Below are positions 1 through 7,012 of a stretch of 9,645 bases of DNA, piece by piece. Under the pieces are notes generated by a model. The model ran no database searches, was not told where the DNA came from, and worked only from the letters and a program-made list of their open reading frames with translations. Origin of the DNA: Octopus sinensis (Eukaryota); NCBI RefSeq assembly GCF_006345805.1, contig NW_021827880.1, forward strand, positions 1 through 9,645. Reading direction: 5' to 3'. Position 1 is the first letter of the stretch. Every line of letters starts with the position of its first letter. The translations under genes and the position numbers were made by a program.

Positions 1-507
1 ATCATGACTACCCGTCTGATAAGGGTACACCAGGCACATGCATCACAACCATATGTGCGCGACATGGTAATCTCATATCAAGATAAACAGCACATGACCT
101 TGCAGGTGGAGCCCAGTTAGAATTTTCTTCAGATCGAGTAACCCATCCTGCTCAAATGGTCCCTGAATAAGGGTTGTTTAATGACGTTGAACGAAACACC
201 CATGTTTCCAGAGGTGAATTATTCAAACCCCAAAGAATCCTTCTCAACACATGGCTATGATGCTCCCCCACTACTTCTGCTCATGATCAGAGATGCACAT
301 ACCGTCAGCCACTAAGGGACATGCTCAACTGGTTAAGGTCAAACAACTGACAAGCAAACCTGTGGTATTGAGCAGAATATTTGCTGTAGCCCATCTTTTA
401 TACCAAGACAAAACAATGTACATGATAACACTTCCAATCAGTTAAGATCAGAAGCCATGAGAGCCACTGCCTGGTACAGCATCAGAGCCACTGCCTGGTA
501 CTGCATC
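1..507. mobile_element. (TAA)n-flanked interspersed element, copy 1 (runs off the window start; orientation uncertain)
   Basis: 1-440 aligns by eye to 708-1130 (ATCATGACTACCCGTCTGATAAGGG...ACTTCCAATC). It ends directly at the (TTA)n tract at 508, with a terminal 24-bp tandem duplication (460-483/484-507). No ORF. Confidence 0.8.
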
Positions 508-516
508 TTATTATTA

Positions 517-603
<87 letters not shown>

Positions 604-640
604 TATTACTATTATTATTATAATAATAATTATTATTATT
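508..640. repeat. (TTA/TAA)n microsatellite separating the two element copies
   Basis: Near-perfect TTA repeats with a few interruptions and a short TAATAATAAT patch at 621-630. Source of the poly-Asn ORF 482-772. Confidence 0.98.
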
Positions 641-1130
641 GAATGAGAGATCAATGCATGCCATCAATATGACACTGGTGTACAAATATACGAAGCCCAG
701 TATACCCATCATGACTACCCGTCTGATAAGGGTACACCAGGCACATGCATCACACCTATATGTGCACGACATGGTAATCTCATATCAGGATAAACAGGTA
801 GTGCTCAGTTAGAATTTTCTTCAGGTCGAGTAGCCCATCCTGCTTAGAAGGTCCCTAAATTAGGTTTGTTTAAGGATGATGAACGAAACACCCATCTTTC
901 CCGGGGCGAATTATTCAAACCCCAAAGAATTCCTCTCAACACATGGTTATGGTGCTCCCCCACTACTTCTGCTCGTGATCGGAGTTGCATATATTGTCAA
1001 CCACTAAGGGATATGGTCAACTCGTTAAGGTCAAGCAACTGATAAGCAAATCTTTGGTATTAAGCAGAATATTTGCTGTAGCCTATCTTTTATACAATGA
1101 CAAAGCATGTACATGATAACACTTCCAATC
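641..1130. mobile_element. (TAA)n-flanked interspersed element, copy 2 (lacks the ~50-70 nt that end copy 1)
   Basis: Direct repeat of copy 1 with many substitutions and a 15-nt deletion between CAG microhomologies (AAACAG[CACATGACCTTGCAG]GT). Starts directly after (TTA)n. Confidence 0.8.
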
Positions 1131-1435
1131 GACGTGACTTGCGTTTGGCTTTATTCTTTGTAGAATTTATGTGGGAAGCGGGTTACTATATGTAACCTTA
1201 GATATCTACAAGCGTTCAGTAAACTTTCAAGTGCTCAAAACCCTTCTGATAAACTTCCATGTTCCTAACTTTCTGTAGAATCTCTACAAGACATTCCATT
1301 CCTATTTCCTTCAACTAGTTGACTATATCATTACTCACAGTCCACAATGCACCAATTTTTACAGGCACAACTTTACAAGTTTCATATTCAAAATTCTCGC
1401 AATTTCGAATTTTAAGGGATTGTAGATTTTTTTAA
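1131..1435 (-). mobile_element. Decayed 3' end of an RLE-type non-LTR retrotransposon (R4/Dong/NeSL-like): ORF C-terminus plus 3' UTR
   Basis: Manual minus-strand translation with frameshifts gives YNPLKFEIARI/NMKL/KVVPVKIGALWTVSNDIVN*LKEIGMECLVEILQK/LGTWKFIRRVLST* (stop 1227-1229). This resembles the conserved KY..L..EI..LW...V.VVPVVIGALGTV...W...G......LQK..LLGTA.I.R.VL tail of restriction-like-endonuclease LINEs. The 3' UTR has a GGTTAC/GTAACC stem-loop (1181-1197) and a minus-strand AATAAA (1150-1155). Confidence 0.75.
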
Positions 1436-1444
1436 TGTTTCGCC

Positions 1445-1664
1445 TTACTCTTTTACTCTTTTACTCTTTTACTCTTTTACTTGTTTCAGTCATTTCACTG
1501 TGGCCATGCTGGAGCACCGCCTTTAGTCGAGCAAATCGACACCAGAACTTATTCTTTGAAGCCTAGTACTTATTATATCGGTCTCTTTTGCCGAACCGCT
1601 AAGTTATGGGGACGTAAACACACCATCGGTTGTCAAGCGATGTTGGGGGACAAACACACACACA

Positions 1665-1721
<57 letters not shown>

Positions 1722-1897
1722 ACACATATATACATATAGACGACGGGCTTCTTTCAGTTTCCGTCTACCAAATCCACTCACAAGGGTTTGTTCGGCCCGA
1801 GGCTATAGTAGAAGGCACTTGGCCAAGGTGGCACGCTGTGGGAATGAACCCGGAACTATGTGTTTGGTAGGTAAGCTACTTACCACACAGCCACTCA
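1445..1897 (-). mobile_element. tRNA-derived SINE, family A (CORE-like segment, internal microsatellite, 8-mer tandem tail)
   Basis: The minus strand begins AGTGGCTGTGTGGTAAG (A-box-like), then GGGTTCATTCCC (B-box-like) and CACCTTGGCCAAGTG (CORE-like). It has an internal (TG)n at ~1654-1737 and ends TGACTGAAACAAG plus 4.5 copies of an 8-mer (plus strand TTACTCTT, 1445-1480). A second, rearranged copy lies at 6732-6987. Confidence 0.85.
1654..1737. repeat. (CA)n grading into (TA/CA)n, internal to SINE A
   Basis: Direct inspection. Source of the His-Thr and Val-Cys ORFs. Confidence 0.95.
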
Positions 1898-1932
1898 ACA
1901 TGCTCTCTTTGAATTCTATTCTTGCCCTTTTC

Positions 1933-2121
1933 AAGGCGGCGAGCTGGTAGAAACGTTAGTACGTTTTTCGTCCTTACGTTCTGAGTTCAAATTCCGCCGA
2001 GGTCGACTTTGCCTTTCATCCTTTCAGGGTCAATAAATTAAGTACCGGTTGCGTACTGGGGTCGATCTAATCGACTGGCACCCTCCCGCCAAATTTCGGG
2101 CCTTGTGCCTAGAGTAGAAAA
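1933..2121 (+). mobile_element. tRNA-derived SINE, family B monomer, with 16-bp target-site duplication
   Basis: AAGGCGGCGAGCTGGTAGAAACGTTAG (A-box region), GAGTTCAAATTCC (B box), central GTCGACTTTGCCTTTCATCCTTTC. Flanked by TATTCTTGCCCTTTTC at 1917-1932 and 2122-2137. About 25 nt are missing from the head relative to the copy at 4651. Confidence 0.9.
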
Positions 2122-2216
2122 TATTCTTGCCCTTTTCTCCTATTCTACACTTGATCACTATTTTTTATTGACTGCCTTTGGTAATTTCACGTGTACACAC
2201 TCTTCCATAACAATTA

Positions 2217-2335
2217 CGCCGAAAGGATGGAAGGCAAAGTCGACCTCGGCGGAATTTGAACTCGGAATGTGAAGACGAACGAAATGCCGCTAAGTATTTT
2301 GATCTGAGTGCTAACGATTCTGCCAACCCGATACC

Positions 2336-2337
<2 letters not shown>
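2217..2337 (-). mobile_element. SINE family B, 5' fragment (diverged, 3'-truncated)
   Basis: Plus strand reads CCGAAAGGATGGAAGGCAAAGTCGACCTCGGCGGAATTTGAACTC...GTGCTAACGATTCTGCC, the reverse complement of the SINE B head and centre. Confidence 0.85.

Positions 2338-2388
<51 letters not shown>
2338..2388. repeat. (AAT)17, the (TTA)n tail of the SINE at 2389-2611
   Basis: Perfect trinucleotide run directly 3' (minus sense) of a full-length SINE B. Confidence 0.95.
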
Positions 2389-2390
<2 letters not shown>

Positions 2391-2611
2391 TACTCCTTTA
2401 TGCTATTGGCACAAGGGCCTGAAATCGTGGGGGGAAGGGGGATAGTCGATTACATCGACCCCTGTGGCTCACTGGTACTTAATTTATCGATCTCGAAAGG
2501 ATGAAAGGCAAAGTCGACCTCGACGGAATTTGAACTTAGAGCGTAAGGACGGACAAAATGCCGCAAAGCATTTCGCCCGGCTTGCTAACGATTCTGCCAG
2601 CTCACCACCTT
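2389..2611 (-). mobile_element. SINE family B, full-length monomer
   Basis: Reverse complement of AAGG(T)GG(T)GAGCTGGCAGAATCGTTAGC...AAGTTCAAATTCC...GCCTTTCATCCTTTCG...GTCGATGTAATCGAC...CCTTGTGCC, followed by the (TTA)n tail. Confidence 0.88.
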
Positions 2612-2858
2612 ATACAATAGTAATAAGAATCTGGCTTCCTGATGGTTTGAGGATCCAGTAATAAAAATTAGTCTGAAATCTTTTATGTATTCTCTTCAGT
2701 GAAGGCCGTAGACTATTATTTATATACGTCTGAAATACATGACTTCAACAGCTGTGAAATGAGTTGTGTCGCTAACCAAAAGTCAAGCCAAATCTGTCTG
2801 TTTAAGATCTCAACGCCTACCTTCCCCTGGTGCTATATACCACGAGACCAGCACTACC

Positions 2859-2924
2859 AAAAAAAAAAGAAAAAAAAAAAATAAATAAAATAAATACAAA
2901 AACAACAAAAAAGAAACAAAAAAT
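2859..2924 (+). repeat. A-rich low-complexity tract
   Basis: Poly(A) interrupted by G, T and C. Confidence 0.9.
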
Positions 2925-3017
2925 GTAGCTGTCATTTCTACTTGGTGAGAAATAGCTGGGTGTCATGTTCAGACCGTGCCTTTTCACCGCCGTGCCTAAT
3001 GAGGTGTGAAAACTAAC

Positions 3018-3162
3018 GTCGGAATTAGCAGAGCCTCATCATGGTCAGACAGCTTTTTGGTCAATTGTTGTATTGAAATAGCTGCAACCATAGAATTCCG
3101 GAACATTGTCCAGATATCTGTGACACTTGCATTCTGATGGCTACTTGGCTTGCTGTCCACTG
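3018..3162 (-). CDS. Candidate internal coding exon of an unidentified minus-strand gene (AVDSKPSSHQNASVTDIWTMFRNSMVAAISIQQLTKKLSDHDEALLIPT)
   Basis: Island of complex sequence between simple repeats with an open frame (ORF 2996-3235). Pyrimidine tract and CAG/CAG acceptor (CCTTCTCCCCCCCTCCCCAG|CAG, AG at 3164-3163; alternative TTTAG at 3184-3183). Plausible donor AC|GTTAGT at 3017-3012. No protein homology recognised. Confidence 0.35.
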
Positions 3163-3183
3163 CTGGGGAGGGGGGGAGAAGGC

Positions 3184-3218
<35 letters not shown>
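3184..3218. repeat. (TAAA)n tetranucleotide repeat
   Basis: Perfect run of ~8.7 units. Confidence 0.95.
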
Positions 3219-3326
3219 GATGTAAGCTGGAGCAATTTTCGGTTGGAGAAAATTCCTGGTTTTGTTCCCAGTACAGCGTTCAGTTATTTTGGTTTAATGC
3301 TTAGTCTTTTGTATGGTGTAGTCGTA

Positions 3327-3359
3327 CACGTACACACACGCACATACACACACACACAC

Positions 3360-3404
<45 letters not shown>

Positions 3405-3565
3405 ACACACAGCCCACGCACACACATCGGCGCGCGCACAAAGACACACAAGCACATGCGCAAACAGATAAGCACACACACACACACGCACACAAGCACA
3501 CATACGAGCGCACACACGCACACACACATACACGCACACACACACACACACACGCACACGCACAC

Positions 3566-3600
<35 letters not shown>

Positions 3601-3972
3601 AATACACACAAGCGCACACACATGAATACACACAAGCACACACACATAAATACACACACTCGCGCGCGCGCACAGAGACACACGAGCACATAAGCACACA
3701 CGCAAGCACAAATGCGCGCACACACAAACACACACACACACAAAATATACAATCACACACACACATAGATACATACAAGAACACACACACACACACACAC
3801 ACTCAAGCACACATACGCGCACACACACACACAAAAGACACAAGCATACATGCACACATAAATACACACAAGCACACACACGTAAATACACACACACTCG
3901 CGCGCGCGCGCACAAAGACACACGAGCACATAAGCACACACACACACACGCAAGCACAAATGTGCACACACA

Positions 3973-4010
<38 letters not shown>

Positions 4011-4095
4011 AAATATACAATCACACACACACACACACAGATACATACAAGAACACACACACACACACACACGCACACACACATACACACTTGTA
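3327..4095. repeat. Compound (CA)n/(CG)n microsatellite with a higher-order duplication
   Basis: CA repeats interrupted by recurring motifs (CATAAATACACACAAGC, CTCGCGCGCGCGCAC, GAGCACATAAGCAC, CAAAATATACAATCAC, AGATACATACAAGAAC) that occur in the same order at ~3597-3800 and ~3857-4075. Confidence 0.9.
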
Positions 4096-4130
4096 CCGAC
4101 ACACAAGGCGCTTGTATAACATGAAGAAAT

Positions 4131-4214
4131 TTGTGTGTGTGTGTGCGTAGTGTACATATATGTGAGAATGTGTGCGAGTGTGCGTATAGTGCGAGTGCGC
4201 ATGCGCGTGTGTGT
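4131..4214. repeat. (TG/CG)n-rich tract, opposite in orientation to the preceding CA tract
   Basis: Direct inspection. Confidence 0.85.
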
Positions 4215-4289
4215 TTCTGTCTGAAAACAAAAAAAAACTGAACCAAAGAATATGTGTTTTAGTGTGTATTCATGTCAGTAATACGTAAT

Positions 4290-4325
4290 ATGTACATAGG
4301 TATGTATACATACATATATATATAC

Positions 4326-4361
<36 letters not shown>

Positions 4362-4400
4362 TTTATATATATTATATATATATATATATATATATTATAT
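4290..4400. repeat. (TA)n-rich microsatellite
   Basis: Direct inspection. Confidence 0.95.
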
Positions 4401-4519
4401 TTTAAAAATAAAAAAAACGCATTTGGCAAATTTAGACATACGACAGTTTATCATAATAGCAACGATATATGTATATATTATATATATATATTATACAGTT
4501 TTTCATAATAGCAACGATA

Positions 4520-4566
<47 letters not shown>

Positions 4567-4627
4567 TCGTTGCTATTATGATAAACTGTCGTATGTCTAA
4601 TTTGAACCAAATGCGTTTTTTTAAAAT
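4401..4627. repeat. Fold-back (inverted repeat) centred on (TA)n, with an internal partial direct copy
   Basis: 4411-4477 is the reverse complement of 4555-4622 (45 nt perfect from 4433 to 4477, two small indels outside that). A direct partial copy of the left arm lies at ~4495-4527, and (TA)n at 4523-4560. Confidence 0.92.
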
Positions 4628-4650
4628 GTTTTCAATATTTATTTTTGCTT

Positions 4651-5256
4651 AAGGCGGCGAGTTGGCGGAAACGTTAGCACGCCGGGCAAAATGCTTAGCG
4701 GTATTTCGTCTGCCGTTACGTTCCGAGTTCAAATTCCGTCGAGGTCGACTTTGCCTTTCATCCTGTCGGGGTCGATTAAATAAGTACCAGTTACGCACTG
4801 GGGTCGATGTAATCGACTTAATCCGTTTGTCTGTCCATGTTTGTACCCTCTGTGTTTAGCCCCTTGTGGGTAGTAAAGAAATAGGTATTTCGTCTGCCGC
4901 TACGTTCTGAGTTCAAATTCCGCCGAGGTCGACTTTGCCTTTCATCCTGTCGGGGTCGATTAAATAAGTACCAGTTACGCACTGGGGTCGATGTAATCGA
5001 CTTAATCCGTTTGTCTGTCCATGTTTGTACCCTCTGTGTTTAGCCCCTTGTGGGTAGTAAAGAAATAGGTATTTCGTCTGCCGCTACGTTCTGAGTTCAA
5101 ATTCCGCCGAGGTCGACTTTGCCTTTCATCCTGTCGGGGTCGATTAAATAAGTACCAGTTACGCACTGGGGTCGATGTAATCGACTTAATCCGTTTGTCT
5201 GTCCATGTTTGTACCCTCTGTGTTTAGCCCCTTGTGGGTAGTTAAGAAATAGGTAT
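4651..5256 (+). mobile_element. SINE B-derived tandem array: one 49-nt head + 3 x 184-bp units + 5 nt of a fourth
   Basis: Head AAGGCGGCGAGTTGGCGGAAACGTTAGCACGCCGGGCAAAATGCTTAGC. Units start GGTATTTCGTC at 4700, 4884, 5068 (and GGTAT at 5252). Unit 1 vs 2 differ at 3 positions, unit 2 vs 3 at 1. Each unit contains a B box (GAGTTCAAATTCC). Confidence 0.95.
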
Positions 5257-5280
5257 ATTTCAAAATGTGACCTCGTGTGT

Positions 5281-5468
5281 ACCGTTGGCGATTTTTTTTC
5301 CTCTGTCTTCCCTTCTCGGGATCTTTCCTTCTCCTATGTTTCCGACGAAGAGCTCCGCTCGAAACGTTAAACCCTCCTTCTTTCTTTCCTTTCCTGAGCA
5401 TCCAATAATACTATATTTGTTCCTCGTCCTCGCGTTGTTGTGTTTTTTTTGTGTTTTCTTGTTTGGAT

Positions 5469-5472
<4 letters not shown>
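5281..5472 (+). mobile_element. Penelope-like pseudo-LTR-type repeat, copy 1 (hammerhead-bearing, followed by (TA)20)
   Basis: Direct repeat of 7013-7204 (roughly 90% or more identical by eye). Pyrimidine-rich, contains the hammerhead motif below, and abuts (TA)n at 5473-5512. The PLE assignment is inferred from the ribozyme architecture. Confidence 0.65.
5338..5372 (+). ncRNA. Minimal type I hammerhead ribozyme motif (PLE-type variant)
   Basis: GTTT-CCGACGA-A-GAGC(TCC)GCTC-GAA-ACGT-T-AAAC. Stem I GTTT/AAAC, core CNGANGA (U4 is C here), 4-bp stem II, GAAA, palindromic ACGT stem III, NUH triplet GUU (predicted cleavage after 5368). Confidence 0.65.

Positions 5473-5512
<40 letters not shown>
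5473..5512. repeat. (TA)20
   Basis: Perfect run. Confidence 0.97.
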
Positions 5513-5513
<1 letters not shown>

Positions 5514-6120
5514 TATGATATGCAAAAAAATACAAACTGTGACAAGAACGCACAACACCCAGAAGACGACACAACAAACACAGACAGGACACTCGAAGCC
5601 CCCAGTCCCCAGCCAAGAACCGGACCATCGTAGCAACCTCGGCCGACCAATCTTGAGACCACCAGATCCGGCCAGCCCTCCAGGAAAAACTAAGCAACGA
5701 GCATTAGAAAAACTAAGCTAGGAGCGTAGATTTCCCGGAAGAAGGATCGAATATATATATACATACATGTATGTGTGTGTGTTTGTGCATATATTAATAA
5801 TTAATGATATTAAAAATTAAGTGTTCCGCAGATGAATGATGAAAGCGACTGAAATCAAAAGGCAAGGAGTTAAAAATTAAAAATTAAAAGCTATGCATAA
5901 AGCTGTACATGAAAGCTATGTATAACAGCAAGCAGAAGAACATAAATGGCAGGGGTGGAATGTACATGAGATTGAAGGAATAACGTGTTAGATAAAGAAG
6001 CAGTGTAGTAATATGCTGTATAAAGCAAACTAAATAATTATATGGATATTTAAAACTATTATTTTTAAAATTAAAAAATAATATAATATTAAAGAGCAAT
6101 AAAAAGGGGGAAAAACTTAA

Positions 6121-6162
6121 TTTAAATTTAAATTTAAATTTAAATTTAAATTTAAATTTAAA
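6121..6162. repeat. (TTTAAA)7 self-complementary hexamer repeat
   Basis: Seven perfect palindromic units. Confidence 0.95.
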
Positions 6163-6731
6163 ATATAAACAGTTGAAAATAAAGCTGTATGGAGGTGATA
6201 CAAAATGACAGACAGATCGTGTAATTCAAGACCCGGGTGGTCATATGAGGTATAAAGGTTACTAACCAATTATTTAGAAAAGAAAGAAAAATGTTCTACA
6301 TTTAACAATTTTAAAAGGAACAATAAAAATAAAAGACAGGAAAATAGATTATTTAAAAACAAGAAGTTATCGCAAGAAAAAAAAGAAGGTAAGTGAATAT
6401 AGTGAATCTAATTAAATTTAAAATTATATTGAATTAAATAAATTGAAGGAAGCTTTATTTTCAAGGTGAGGGTAAGTATGGAAGGTTCGATGTTAAAAGT
6501 ACAAAGTTCAAATATTTAGAGGTCATGGAGTGCTTATTTTCACATACTCATCTTCTACCCTTTCTCTCTGTTTTCCAGGCGTTCATTTTCCTTCGTATTC
6601 TTCATCTATTTCTACTTCCAGTTCATCACTTCTAGTTTTCTTCTGGTCTCATCTCTGTCTCTATTTGTCCCCTTTTTCTCATTACCTATCCAACCCTATA
6701 TACATATTTTCCATTATCACTAATTTTTATA

Positions 6732-6987
6732 TGTTTCAGTAATTGGGGCACGACAGCCTTCAAGGGTCCAGTTGAGCAAATCGACCCCCAGTACTTATAC
6801 TTACTGTTTAGTAGTACTTTTCTAACGGACTTTTTGATCGAACTGCTAAGTTACGGGAAACGAGTGGCTGTGTGGAAAGAAGCTTGCTTCCCAACCACTA
6901 GGTTCTGGATTCAGTTCTTCTTCTATAGCTTCGGACCCGACCAGAGCCTTGTGAGTGGATTTGGTAGACGGAAAGTGAATGAAGCCC
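6732..6987. mobile_element. Rearranged SINE A: 3' part on minus (6732-6861) joined to 5' head on plus (6862-6987)
   Basis: 6732-6861 matches 1482-1615 in the same orientation (TGTTTCAGT...GAGCAAATCGAC...GCTAAGTTACGGG). 6862-6987 matches the reverse complement of 1740-1897 (GAGTGGCTGTGTGG...CCTTGTGAGTGGATTTGGTAGACGGAAA...GAAGCCC), with an internal ~30-nt deletion. Confidence 0.85.
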
Positions 6988-7012
6988 CCTTTATATATAT
7001 ATATATATATAT

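Noticed and set aside
714-745. CTGATAAG as a hammerhead core in the (TAA)n-flanked element (also near position 16)
   Set aside because: The core deviates at G8 and no stem II-GAAA follows.
482-772. Poly-Asn ORF on the minus strand
   Set aside because: Translation of the (TTA)n microsatellite plus repeat flanks.
2820-2924. Retrocopy with a poly(A) tail ending at 2859-2924
   Set aside because: No TSD, polyadenylation signal or recognisable body upstream.
2995-3050. Hammerhead-like fragments (plus CTAATGAGGTGTGAAAAC; minus TGATGAGG...CCGACGTTAG)
   Set aside because: Conserved core residues or stem II/I pairings are missing on both strands, and the region fits a coding-exon candidate better.
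3243-4246. Long ORFs (up to 293 aa) on both strands
   Set aside because: They are His-Thr and Val-Cys read-throughs of (CA)n/(TG)n, which lack stop codons by construction.
4651-5256. CRISPR-like or tRNA gene array interpretation of the 184-bp periodic arrays (also 7377-8359)
   Set aside because: Units are near-identical end to end with no unique spacers and no cas genes. The head has A/B boxes but no complete cloverleaf and continues into SINE body sequence.
5186-5697. ORFs overlapping the hammerhead repeats (also 6834-7192)
   Set aside because: They recur only because the repeat recurs, run through (TA)n, and show no protein motif.
6240-6480. Plus-strand consensus donors (AAG|GTAAGT near 6388; GG|GTAAGT near 6472) and a possible 6-nt microexon
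   Set aside because: The preceding frame is a low-complexity Lys/Asn-rich run with no convincing acceptor, and such motifs occur by chance. RNA-seq would be needed.
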